64,000 nucleotides of DNA from Mobula hypostoma (Eukaryota), in the NCBI RefSeq assembly GCF_963921235.1, contig NC_086125.1, positions 29,636,001-29,700,000 on the forward strand, given 5' to 3'. Position 1 is the first letter of the stretch. Every line of letters begins with the position of its first letter. The position numbers were made by a program, and so were the translations under genes. The notes beneath the pieces are model-generated. The model saw only the letters and a list, made by a program, of their open reading frames with translations. It was not told where the DNA came from and did not search any database. This document shows, one piece after another, positions 37,520 to 50,380 of the stretch.

Positions 37520-39800
37520 AAGTTGCGATAATCATGGAATTTCAATACCCGAATAGAATAGGAAAACCCGGTTGGTATTGGATGCCAAGAGAGGGAATTT
37601 ATAGAATGCCTACGAGACGGCTTTTAGAGCAGCTTGTGGTTGAGACCGCTCGGGGATAAACTATTCTGGATTGGCTGTTACGTCATGATCAGGATTTGAT
37701 TAGGGAGTTTAAGGACCCTTGGGAAGCAGTGATCATAATATGATGGAATTCACCCTGCGATTTGAGAAGTTAGAAGCTAAAATCAGATGTATCAGCATTA
37801 CAGTGGAGTAACGGGAGTTTCAGGGGCATGAGAGAAGAGATGACCAAAGTTGATTGGAAGGAGACACTAGAAGGGATGACGGCAGAACTGCAATGACTTG
37901 TGTTTCTGGGGAAAATTCAGTAAGTGCCTGAAAGATACATCCATAGATGAAGAAATCAATAAATAAGGCAAGATGACAAGAGAAGTCAAAGACAACATAA
38001 AAGCGAAAGAGAAACCAGATAATATAGCAAAATTAGTAGGAAGGTAGATGAGTGGGAAGCTTTTAAAAACCACCTGAAGGCAATAAAAAGTAAAGAGAGA
38101 AATGATTAAATATGAAAGGAAGCTAGCTGATAATACAAAAGAGGGTGCAAAAAGTTTTTTTTTCAGGTATATAAAGAGTAAAAGAGAGATGAGAGTGGAT
38201 ATTGGACCACTGGAAAATGACACTGGAGAGGAAACAATGGGGCAGAAAGAACTAGCAGTATGCAAGTGTACCAGAGAGCAAAAGTGAGTGTCTTTGTTAT
38301 TACTAAGGAAAAGGTGCTTGGGAGGCTGAACGGGCTGAGGGCAGATAAGTCACCCGGACCAGATGAACTGCTCTCCAGGGTTGTGAAAGACGTAGCTGAA
38401 GAAATTATGGAGGCAGTAGTAATGATCTCTTAAGAATCACTAGATTCTTGAATGGTTCTGGCGGACTGGATAATTGCAAATGTTATTCCACTCTTTAAGA
38501 AGGAAGTGAGGCAGAAGAAAGGATATTATAGGCTAGTTATCCTGATTTTATTGATTGGAAAGATGTTGGAGTCCATTATTAAGGATGAGGATTCGGGGTT
38601 CTTGGAGGCACATGATAAAATAGGCCAAAATCAGCATGGTTTTCTAAGGGGAAAATCTTGCCTGGCAAATCTGTTGGAATTCTTTGAGGAAATAACATGC
38701 AGGATAGACAAAGGAGATGTTGTTTACTCGAATTTTCAGAAGGTCTTTGACAAGGTGCTGCCCATGAGGCTGCTTAACAAAATAAGAGCCCATGGTATTT
38801 CAGGAAAGGTACTATCATGAATAGAAGATTGGCTGACTGGCAGGAGGCAAAGAGTGGTAATAAAGGGGGCCTTTTCTGGTTGTCTGCTGGTGTCCAGCAG
38901 TGTACTGCAGGATTCTTTTCATGTTGATTGTCAATGATTTGGATGAAGGAATTGATGGCTATGTGACCAAGGCTGCAAACAATAGATACAAAGATAGCTG
39001 GAAGGGCAGGGAATGCTGAGGAAGCAGGATGTCTGCAGAAGGACTTAAACAGATTGGGGTCATAAGCAAGAAGTTGCAGATGGAATATAATGTTAGGAAG
39101 AGCATGGTCATGTGGTTTGGCATAAGAAGTAAAGGCATGGACTATTAAAGGTTGATTTGCAGGTTTAGTCAGTGGTGAGGAAGGCAAATACAATGTTAGC
39201 ATTCATTTCTGGAGGACTAGAATAAAAAAGCAAGGATGTAATACTGAGCCTTTATAAGAAATTGGTCAGACCACACTTGGAAGATTGTGAGCAGTTTTGG
39301 GCTGCTTATCTAAGAAAAGATGTCCTGGCATTGGAAAGGGTCCAGGGGAGGTTCACAAGGATGATTCCAGGAATGAAAAGTTAACATATGAGGAGCGGTT
39401 TGATAGCTCTGGGTCTGTACTCCCTGGAGTTCAGAATAATGAGGGTGCATCTCATTGAAACCTATTGATAATTGAAAGTTCTGGATAGTATTGACATGAA
39501 GAGTATGTTTCCTGGAGTGGAGAAATCAAGGACCAGAGGGCACAGACTTAGAATTGAGGAATGTCCATTTAGAACAGAGATGAAAAGTTTCATTAGAAGG
39601 TCTGCAGAATTTGTTGCCACAGACAGATGTGGAGGTATATTTAAAGTAGTGGTTGAAAGGTTGTGGATTCATTAGGGCATCAAAGGTTACGTGGAGAAGG
39701 CAGGAAAATGGGGTTGAGATGGATGATGTATCAGACAGAATAGAGTGGCAGACCAGACCTGATGGGCCAAACGACCTAATTCTACTTCTGTGTCTTATGG
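37520..39800 (+). mobile_element. Decayed long CR1-type LINE
   Basis: DWIIANVIPLFKK...GKSCLANLLEFFE, with many frameshifts. Confidence 0.85.
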
Positions 39801-40502
39801 TTGAATAGGGAAATATGAACGAGTATACATTCCTCCTACAGGTGCTAGTTTTATCCAGCTGATGGTGTGAGGCTCCAGAGTTCAGTGGGTTTGGGACAAG
39901 GAGGGGCTGCACTGATTAGGGATTAAAGATTAGCTTCATCTGTCAATATTAGATAGAGTAGTCATGGGGGGGTGTATCTTATAAAAGTTCATAGCTTAAA
40001 TTAAGTTTATTATCAAAGTACATTAATGTCACTATCTACTACTCTGAGATTCATTTTATTGAAGGCATTCACAGTAACACAGAGAAATACAACAGAATCA
40101 ATGAAATACTACACACAAGCAATGACCGACAAGCCTCCAGTGTGTAATACAAGACAAATTGCAAATACAAAAAAACAAGAAAATAAATTAATACCTAGAT
40201 CCATGATATTGAGAATATGTGTTGCATGGTCTATAAATGATACTGAAAACATCAATTGTATATCCAGTCTCCACCTCAGCTTTTGAAGCTCTAGGGAGAA
40301 CAACCCAAGTTTGTCCCAGCTCTCTGTTTATGGCCTCCATTCTAACGCTGATTGGCCTCTTCTGCTGGTGAACCTTATTCTGTAAAGGAGTTAAAATGAC
40401 ACTGCCAGTACAGGTAACTGAAAGGATGACACCATTATGGTGCTTATAAACAGAACACCGAGTAATGAGCAACAAGATCATGATCATTTTTCACAAAGTT
40501 CT

Positions 40503-40790
40503 CCAGGCCAGGGTACAATACCCTGAATCTGACTCTGTACCAGGATACTGTGCCCTGACTCTGTACCAGGGTACTGTGCCCAGACCCTGACACCCCGTAC
40601 CACGATCAGTACCCTGACTCTGACTCTATACCAGGGTACTGTGCCCTGACTGTGTACCAGATTACTGTGCCCTGATTTTGGCACCCTGTACCAGGATACT
40701 GTGCCCTGACTCCGGCATTCTGCACCATGGTACTGTACCCTGATTCCGTCTCTGTACCGGGGCACTGTGCCCTGACTCAGGCACTCTGAC
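40503..40790. repeat. Minisatellite, about 26-32 bp unit CTGTACCAGGGTACTGTGCCCTGACT
   Basis: Direct inspection. Confidence 0.85.
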
Positions 40791-41799
40791 TCATTAAAAT
40801 GACATTAATGTCATTGAGATAATTTACAAGTGCTGAATATAAATTATACTTTTAATCAAATAAACATCTTGCCATTGTGTTTCACCTCTGAAATACAATA
40901 GTGATATGTTTTCATGACTAAAAGCATAATCGGTCAGCCAGAAACAAATCCTGTACCAACTTTTCTGGAGAGTGTCCAAGTGGTGGTATTTAAGGGGGAT
41001 CTTTACGTGATGAATATATTAGCGACAAGAGAGTCCTGAGGAAGGAATTCAGGAGTTTGGGAACAAAACGAATTGTTACCAGATCATTGGACGGACGGTG
41101 CTACAGCATTTCATGCTCTGTGTGGTACGCATGCAGACGATACCGGCGAAGTTAGCACCTATTCTACATCCATCTGCAGTGTGCCATGGTTTCCCTGAGT
41201 GTCAAAGAGAAGGTCAAGGATGAGAAGTTGAGACTGAGGGAAGGTCGAACAGTTCTGATAAAACTTTCGTTACTTTTGCCCTGCACACCGACCTTTGCTT
41301 CTTTCTGTCTCTCTCTCTAGAGGCTGCCTGATGTTGTCATTTAATTTAAATTTAAGAATTCCAAAATCTGTTTTGCTTTTGCAGAAACTCCTTTCGCCAA
41401 AGCACAGGAGTCTTGGTACAGATGTTATGGAAGTTTACAATTGTAATAGAGTCCGTGTAGGGTGAAGAGGATGATATCTCTTCTGGATGCACAGATGCTT
41501 CTTGGCTGTGGCATGGTTAGACCGGATGGGCTTTTAGCGATGTTCACTCCGAGGAACTTGAAGATCTCCACCCTCTGGACCCCAGAACTGTTGCATCAAA
41601 ACAACACATTCCATGTCCTGTAAGACAGTGATAACAACTCTGATTCTGAAATGGTTGTTTGATACCAGCATTTAAGCAGACTCAAGTAGCTCGGGCTTGG
41701 TCTGATTCCGAGCTCAACATGGGCAGTGCCCTGAGGGGAAGCTAAAGGCAGCTGGCCCGGAACCTGTGCTCGCTGCAATTCCAAGTGAATTTCAGAGGC

Positions 41800-42233
41800 A
41801 ATGCTACAAGAAAGGGGCGAGAGTGTGACACTGGATTTAGGGGAGATCAGTGGGAGCCGCACAGCAAACCCAGGCACGGTACAGTACAGTATGTGGGTAA
41901 CAGACCGAACGACCGGGTGGCGGGAAGGCCGGCTAGACTCCCCGCGCGTGCCGCTGGGGAGAGTAACAAAAATAAACAACGTCACAACATGACTGACGTA
42001 AGAGGTATTGTTGCCCTTTCGTACTCTCTGATTGGCCGGCGATCGTGTCTTCGAACGCCGGTTTCAATTCCAGACGTTGCTAGGGACGACGGCGCAGATC
42101 GGCGTTCCCATTGGCCGGTGCGACGTCAATCAGGCCCCGAGCCGATTCCGGGAAGCTGGTGAAGCCGGGGTGTTTGTAGTAGAGGCTTTCTCCTGTTCTC
42201 GGTGCCGGAGCCAGGGGAAGGGAGATCATAGCA
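41800..42233 (+). promoter_or_regulatory. CDKN2D CpG-island promoter
   Basis: CpG-rich. Two inverted CCAAT boxes, each followed by CCGG (ATTGGCCGG, 42031 and 42110). CRE/ATF-like TGACGTAA (about 41995) and GACGTCA (42122). X-box-like GTTGCTAGGGAC (42076). Confidence 0.65.
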
Positions 42234-42371
42234 ATGGTCAAAAGCATGTTCGGCGGTGACAAACTGAGCAGGGCTGCTGCGCAGGGTAACTGGCGAGAGG
42301 TAAAACGTCTTCTGAACGAAGAGAAGGTGAATGTGAACGCGGTTAATAAATACGGACAGACCGCACTGCAG
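42234..42371 (+). CDS. CDKN2D: INK4-family CDK4/6 inhibitor (p19INK4d-like), exon 1
   Basis: MVKSMFGGDKLSRAAAQGNWREVKRLLNEEKVNVNAVNKYGQTALQ followed by a GT donor, phase 0; same TALQ|VM intron position as INK4 genes. Confidence 0.9.
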
Positions 42372-43329
42372 GTTGGTGCCTTCTGAAAAATAAGTCGCGC
42401 CAGTTTATCCCGTGCAATGCTTAAGAAATTTGTCGATTCGGGAGTTGAATCTGTATTTTGTCCGTTTTCCCCCCTTTAAACATTTACGTTTTGTTTATTA
42501 TTTTCTCTCGGAAACTGCCGAGCTTAAAGGTCTTCGGAGAATAGCATTTCTACTTAATGAGTAACTGTCGGTGTATTTATTGTGAGGGGATTTGAACGTC
42601 TTTAGGTTGTGATACCTCTGTCCGTGACGCCGTAACAACCTGCGCTTTCTGCCTGTTGTCTGTCTCTGTGGGGACAGCTGAAATTGGACATATTTTTATT
42701 TGTTAACCCCCGCCCCCCCGCATAGCTTCGCAACATTTGTGAATGATAAAAGGTCAAGTTTTTGTGAGCTGGGGGATGAGAAGATACGTGGGACGGAGCC
42801 ACCGCCAAAGGATCTGACTGTTCGAATGTTTTTTTTTAAGATTTAAAAGGCAGACTCATTGTGAAATACACAGTGACACATTAATATTGAGGAGGCGGAG
42901 CTTACACCCGGGTGATTGTGGCACGGGGAACAAGCCTTCATAATTATTGAGCGTGCAACTAGTTCCTGGAATTAAATATTGTCAACACTCCCCACTAAAT
43001 TCTAATGAGCAGTGCTCGTTTAAAAACACTTCTATCGCCACACCTGTTAAAAGATTGTTTTAAACGGAACCGCGTGAGCTCATGTATACATCGGCATTAT
43101 TTATTTGTACCGTCATTCCAGGAATGTTGTTTTGCAACTAAGATGTTTGTTCCAGTAACTCTAAGGTGGCAGGCTTTAGACTTTAGAATAGTAGAAGGAA
43201 ATAACATTTAAAAAATTAGTTTGAAGATCTGGAGGTTGTTGTATAGATTCCAGTAGAACAGGAACACAGTGGAAACAAATGTAAGAATGACTTCCAGAGG
43301 ATACTTACTAAAACAAATTCTAAACACGA

Positions 43330-43465
43330 ACAACACACATAAAAAAAATGCTGGTGAAGGCAGCAGGTCAGGCAGCATCTATAGGAAGAGGTACAGTCGA
43401 CGGTTCGGGCCGAGACCCTTCGTCAGGACTAACTGAAAGGAGAGATAGTAAGAGATTCGAAAGTG
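43330..43465 (-). mobile_element. Short hammerhead-bearing Penelope-derived insertion in the CDKN2D intron
   Basis: Reverse complement of the 24621 element; AAACACGAA repeated on both sides. Confidence 0.7.
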
Positions 43466-44514
43466 AAAAATTTCCTCGTGTTTGCGTAAACACGAATTCT
43501 GTAGATGCTGGAAAGCCAGAGCAACGCACACAAAATACTGGGGGAACTCAGCAAGTCGGGCAGCATCCATGGAGGGGGATAAACGGTCGACATTTCTCGT
43601 TGAGACTCTTTGTCAGGACTAGAAAGGGAGGAAGAAGTCACAAAGAGGTGGGGGAGGGGGAGCAGTGCGATCACTCGATAGAGTATGATGTTTTCCCAGG
43701 GATTGTCTATTGGTGAGTCCTCCGATGACTGTCGAGGCCGATTAGTGGTGGTTGTGGTTGGGGAAGGAGTTAGGGGAGACGAGACTGAGGTAAATGAATT
43801 GAGAAGCTGGGGGGGGTGATGGGCGGAAGAGAGACCTGTTGTAATAGAGGGTTAGGGGCCTTGTTTAAATATGGCAGCCTTGATTCTCCAGGTGGGGGGG
43901 GGAGGGGGGAGAAGGTTGCTTGCTTTCAAGGGCCATTGTATTGTGCCTGATGAAGGTGCTGTGTTGTTGGGATATCTGAAATATAGACAAGTTCTGTGAA
44001 GCAAGAAAATCAGGTAAAGGCTGGTGTGTGATTTGGAGGGAAGGGAGCTGGTGGATGGTATGGGAGGTGCTGGTGGAAAAAGTCTGGCTGAGTCCTGTGG
44101 GGGCACTTTGTGGGGGTAAGGACTGTAAACTGGGTGGAGGTGTGCAAATGCTGAGGCTGAGAAACGGGTTTCCAATTAGCGAATTTGTCCCAGAGGGCGT
44201 GGAGGGTTTTGACTCATCCAGCCAAACGAAGTTTCTGGTTCATGTCATACAGAGCTTGTGTCTTTCAGCTAAAGAGACCCAGGTTCAATCTTCACCTCCT
44301 GGCTGACTGTGGTGGTTGCACATTCTCATGGTGACCACCTGGGTTTTCCCCTCCCAAGACCTGTGGGAAGGATAATTAAAGTGTCATACCTGACTTTGCT
44401 TCCTGTTCAATTAAGTTTAGATTAAACCATAAGGGGGATACATTTGCTCTTTTGCCAAAATAGAAAATTGTGGTGCCTCGACAACATTGAGTTGGGCAGA
44501 CAAGGAGGGAACAT

Positions 44515-45517
44515 TGCAGAAGGCAAAGAGTGATTGTAGATGGGTCATATTCTGCATGGAGGTCAGTGACCAGTGGTGTGCCTCAGGGATCTGTTCTGGG
44601 ACCCTTACTCTTCATGATTTTTATAAATGATCTGGATGAGGAAGTGGAGGGATGGGTCAGTAAATTTACTGATGACACAAAGGTTAGGGGTGTTGTGGCT
44701 CGTGTGGAAGGCCGTCAGAAGTTCCAGCGGGACATTGATTCAATGCAAAACTGGGCTGAAGTGACAGATGGGGTTCAACCCAGGTAAGTGTGAGGTGGTT
44801 CATTTTGAAAGTATGATGGCAGAATGTAGTATTAATGGTAAGACTCTTGGTAGTGTGGAGGATCAGAGGAATCTTGGGTCTGTGTCCATAGGACACTAAG
44901 ATGCTGCGCGGGTTGACTGTGTGGTTAAGAAGGCGTACGGTGCATTGGCCTTCATCAACCGAGAAACTTGAGTTCAAGAGCGAAGAAGTAATGTTACAGC
45001 TGTATAGGACCCTGGTCAGACCCCACTTGGAGGACTGTACTCAGTACAGGAAGGATGCGGAAACTATAGAAAGGGTGCAGAGGAGATTTACAAGGATGTT
45101 GCTGGATTGGGGAGCATGCCTTATGAAAATAGTTTGAGTGAACTTGGCCTTTTCTCCTTGGAGTGGCGGAGGATGAGAGGTGACCTGATAGATGATGAGG
45201 TATTGGTCGTGTGGATAGTCAAGAGGCTTTTTCCCAGGGCTGAAATGGCTAACATGAGAGGGCACAGTTTTAAGGTGCTTGGAAGGAGGTACAGAGGGGA
45301 TGTCGGGGTGTTTTTTTTTTAACACAGAGAGTGGTGAGTGCGTGGAATGGGCTGCCAGCGACGGTGGTGGAGTCGGATACAATAGGGTTTTTTAAGAGGC
45401 TCCTGGATAGGTACATGGGCTATGGGTAACGCTAGGTAATTTCTAAAGTAAGTACATGCTTGGCACAGCATCTGGGCCGAAGGGCCTGTATTGTACTGTA
45501 GGTTTTCTATGTTTCTA
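44515..45517 (+). mobile_element. CR1-type LINE in the CDKN2D intron
   Basis: SGVPQGSVLGPLLF...KFTDDTKV; TTTCTATG tail. Confidence 0.9.
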
Positions 45518-47079
45518 TTTAGCACCGGCTGCTAACTTTCTCCATATAAATAAACTTGAATTTTTGCCAGAGACTTGCATCAGTATGTCTGTCAAACTCC
45601 CTCTATCACAGCTGTAAAATAATGTAAACATTTCCTTACACGCCTTCCTGTCAGCTTCCCGCACAGCTGCGGGGAAGTGCCAACAACTCAATTACTACCT
45701 TTGCTTGTAATCGTTATGACCAGGCGCCTTAACAACCCATAGGCACACAACGTCTACAAGGTGTTGTGTTGAAAAGTAAAGCACTGCAGTGTCCAAATTG
45801 TTTTTATATGAATGGTAAATGAAGTTCAGGGTCCAGCGATTTTCAACAGTTAGTAGTAGCTTAGCTTCCATGCAGCCAACTCCCAGTGCCAGCCACATGG
45901 AACATACTCCACTTCCACAGATCCATCAGAGTTGCCGCACAAGTTGATAGGGTTGTTAAGAAGGCATATGGTATGTTGGTTGTCATTGGTTAGAGGATTA
46001 AGTTCAAGAGCCAAGGAGTAATGTTTCAGCTCTATAAAACCCTGGTTAGACCACACTAGGAATATTGTGTTCAGTTCTGTTTGCCTCATTTGAGGAAGGA
46101 TGCGCAATCTTTAGAGAGAGTGCAGGGGAGATGTACCAAGATGATGGCTGGATCAGGGACATATCTTATGAGGATAGGTTGAGCAAGCTAGGAATTTTCT
46201 CTTTGGAGTAAAGGAGGATGAGGTGCAACTTGATAAAGGTGTTCAAGATGATAAGGGGCATAGATACAGTAGTAGATAACCAGAGACATTGCCAGGGTGG
46301 AAATGGCTAGTATGAGGGGGCATAATTTCCATTTGGAGGAAAGTATAGGGCAGGGAAAGGGAATGTCAGAAGTTTTTTTTACACATTGGTGAGTGCATGG
46401 GATGCCCGGCCTGGGGTGATGGTAGAGGCAGATGCATTAGGGGCATTTAACAAACTTTTAGGCATATTAATGATAGAAAAACTGGAGGGCTGTGTGGGAG
46501 GGAAGAGTTGGATTACTCTTTGAGTAGGTTATAAAGTCAGGACAAAACTGTGGGCTGAAGAGTCTGCGCTGTACTGTTCTATGTACGATATGTCCTATAT
46601 TCTATGTCACAGTCATAGAACACTACAGTGCAGAAAATGGCCCTACAGCGCATCTAGTCCAAACTGAACTGTGCTTCTCGTTGCATTGACCTGCACGCAG
46701 ACCATACCCCTCTATCCATCTACCTATCCAAATTTCTCTAAAGTGTTGAAATTGAACCTGTATCCATCACTTCTGCTGGCAGCTCGTTCTACCCTTGTAC
46801 CACTGTCTGAGTGAAGAAGATCTCCCTCAAAATCCTCTTAAACATTCCCCAGCCCATGAGCTCCAGTTCTTGTCTCACCCAACCTCAGTGGAAATAGTCT
46901 GCTTGCATTTGTAATCTTAGTTGCCCTTTACGGTTATGATATTATTCTTGGGTTTTGCTTGTACAGCAGTGTTTACAAACTCAAAATGTTAACAACAAAT
47001 GCAAGGATATAATTTAATAAAAAATGAAATCTATTGTGTACAGAAGGTTTTTATGGCCTCATTGTCTTTCCCCTTCCAG

Positions 47080-47445
47080 GTGATGATGATGGGGTGTACC
47101 TTTGTTGCAGAGGAGCTACTGAAGAATGGAGCGGACCCCAATGTCCAGGATAAAAACGGCTTTGCCCCAGCACACGACGTAGCCCGCAGTGGTTTCTTGG
47201 ATACCATGGTGGTCCTGATGAAGTACCAATCTGATGTAAACTTGGAGGATGCCTCGGGCTGTCTACCAATACACCTGGCTGCCCAACAGGGCCACCTAAA
47301 TCTTGTGCAGTTCCTGGCTCCCAGGTCATGCATTTGGCATAAGAACGGCAGAGGGCAGACCCCACTTGATGTGGCACGGGTTTCGGGCAGAACTGAAGTG
47401 GTGGAATGGTTGGAGCAAGTAATACAATCCCAAAGCTCACAGTGA
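47080..47445 (+). CDS. CDKN2D: INK4-family CDK4/6 inhibitor (p19INK4d-like), exon 2; spliced protein 167 aa
   Basis: Acceptor ctttccccttccag; ankyrin repeats VMMMG...GADPNVQD...[11 protein letters not shown]...[13 protein letters not shown]...GQTPLDVA; TGA at 47443. Tandem with KRI1 as in human. Confidence 0.9.
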   Translation: MMMMGCTFVAEELLKNGADPNVQDKNGFAPAHDVARSGFLDTMVVLMKYQSDVNLEDASGCLPIHLAAQQGHLNLVQFLAPRSCIWHKNGRGQTPLDVARVSGRTEVVEWLEQVIQSQSSQ

Positions 47446-50324
47446 TTTCCCCAGCTGCTGGGACACCAACGTTTCCTCAATTTAACCTCCTCAAAGCATG
47501 GTCTACTCCGTATTGCACTGTTAATTCCATTTTTTTTTTAAATTTTTACGTCGCTCCTTGGGTCTTGAACTAGAGTGGAAGCTCTTCCACCCCCAAATTT
47601 TGGTGGCCATCTTGCCCCTAAAAGTAGCCAAATAACTTAATCATCGATGAGCAGATTTCTTTCTTTACTTATGCCACCTTATCGTTGTGTAAATTCAAAT
47701 GGGAGCTACAATGAACAGCGCATGAGAGTTTGCATGTGTGGCCTCAGGAGCTCTAGGCATTGCAGAGGCTCAGTCTGCAGTGATCAATTCCACAGACTTG
47801 GTATTTGGAAACGTGCACCTTTAGAAGGCTGCTTGGGTGGAAGAGAACTCTGGTGCATGGGCAGAGAGCACAGCTGGGAGCTGTGGTCACTGGATCTGGA
47901 GATCAGCACTGAACCACGAGATCTCAGAGACTTGGGGTGCGTGGAGGGTGAGGGAGGTGTGGAATCAGTTGTTCTGCCCAGGTGGCCTCAGTAAGAGTGC
48001 CTCAGGGAAAAGAGTGTCTCTGAAATAGGAATAACCCATATACAAGGGGAGTTAAAGATCCAAGGCTTCATTTTGTTTTAACCAGTGAGTGTTTACATTG
48101 ATTTAAAGTACTGTAAAATTAAGTTGTGCTTTACAATTTTTTGAAGTTAAAATGGTTTATTATTTTGTGTTTCCTTTTCAGTTCTTGAAAGGAAACAGAA
48201 CAGTTAATGTAGCAATGAACTTGCCCTGAGTGCTCTAGTGATTCATAAATGAGTGTGTTTTCATTTATTTTTTTTTAAGAGTTATTGTCCCCATTGACTT
48301 AAATGCACCCTTTTTTCTGAAACAAATTTAAGAGTATGTTTATCTTTAGAAGATATGGTGAAGCACTTAAATTTCTGGGTGTGATCTATTTGAGCAACAT
48401 TGCACATACACAAGGCATGTTTGCAGATTTCACAGAACAGGAACTGTATACTAAAGTGTGGATGGGGTGTGAATGACAAAACAAACAAATTCTAGAATCT
48501 CAGAGTTATGGATGCATAACATGGCTCTTTGGATGTATATGGAAGCAGAGACAAGTTTATCCGGATTGAATAGATACTAAGGGGAATCCACTAACCAGTT
48601 TTACACAACTACAATGATGGAAACATCCCCACTGGGTGAAGAGCAGTCCTGGGACCTGTTTTAATTCTTGCCACTTACTTTATGCATCAGACTAACAGCA
48701 TCTTTAGATTTCGTTTAGTTGATGGCATGTGGAAGCTGAAAGTTTGAAGCTTAAATTTTCACACAGAAAGATTCAATTTTCCTCAAAACTGATACTGTGG
48801 GCAACACATTGTTGAAAGCACTCTAATGCAGACAGTGAAATCCAGTCAACATTTCAAATCTTCTGTCCATAGTGTTACTGTAATTGTTGTGATCGAGAGT
48901 CTATTAAACTTGTAATAGTGCAAGGGTGTGCCCACAGATGTAGTTACCTCAGCCTAATTTCCATATAAGGTGTGTGTCATATGCAAAACAAGTCGAGTAT
49001 TTTTGTTGCCCATTTATTGCCCACAGGCTGAAGACTTGGCAAGTGGTTTCTTCCCCTGGAATTGTATCTGCCTTGGAGGAGACAAAGGTAGAGAACTCCC
49101 AGAACAGGTTAAGCAATCTGATCTTGTCCAAGGTCTACCCCAAGAATGACACAAATGAGCTCCTCTCCACTTGGATGGGGAGGATGGGAACCATTCTTGC
49201 TTCCTCCTCCTGTCAGATGATCTTTTGGAAAGAAGGGGAACAGTTTAAATGAAAATTGACAAAGATAAAGAGATAATGTTCCCATATTTTGCTTAAATCT
49301 TTTATTCAAATTGTTGATTTAATTTCCTTGTACTTTTGTGTCGGGGTGACAAAATGCTGAAGTAAAAACTTGTGGTCAACCTGTTGCTCTAGTGTGCTCT
49401 TATCAAGAATCTGTGTGGTTTCTCATCCATCTCTCCAACCTCAAAAGTTCCAATATCACCTTGTCCGTGACAAGCAATTAATCAGCTTATGGCTTTTCCT
49501 GTGGCTGTATTCATTCAGCTTTCACCTTGCCTGCTTTGTCTATCACACATAAACATTCTCACTCCTGGGTCAGATGGTTGTGGGATCAAGCACTAACCCT
49601 CAGACCTGAGCACAAAAATCCAGGCTGATAATTCAGTGAGAGTAGGCTGCATCATTGAAGGAGCCTCAGCTTATATTGCAGACAGGTGAAGGTAAAAGGT
49701 TCCAGGAAATATTCTGAAGAGGACTGAAGTTAGCCCTCAGGTCCTAGGCACTATTTACACTTACTTAACATCACTAAAACCTGATTATCTGGCCACATTG
49801 TTCATGAGATCCCACTGTGTGCAAAATGGCTGCTGCATTTCCAATATTTTAACAGCGATGCTTTAAAATTCTATTCTTGCCCATAGGACAATTTAGAAGC
49901 CATGGGAAATTCCACAGAAATTTTGCCTTTGGAAACTTTTCTTGTGACGTATTACTAGGAGCCTTATCAATTTCTTTCCTTATTGGAGCTCCTCATTTGT
50001 ATCCATTTTATGTGCAGGGCTGGGATGTTTTTGGCTTTACTAGTGCAGTTTCAAAGTGTTGCTGTTGTTATTGTTCAGCACGAGTTTGAAGTTTTGAAAT
50101 CTATTTATCATTTGCATAGATCATTAACTTAAAGGTCCTTGACATTGAGAATAAGGGCATGGGGCTGCCTGCCGGTTAAGACAATCCCAAGTAGATGGTC
50201 CCTGTGGAAAGTGAGGAATCTGAGTTGGGAATGTTCTGAAGACTTTATAGGTTGATGTTGCACATGTAATTATATTTATGAAGTTGAATTTATTGTTGAG
50301 TGGATTATAATTTTTAAAATTGCA

Positions 50325-50380
50325 AATAAATTATACATGTGAAAATTAAAAATTGTGCCTGTGTCTGTTTTTCTTTCCCC
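50325..50380 (+). terminator. Likely CDKN2D polyadenylation site
   Basis: AATAAA at 50325, ATTAAA at about 50345, then a GT/T-rich tract; ends a largely repeat-free stretch after the stop codon. Confidence 0.5.
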
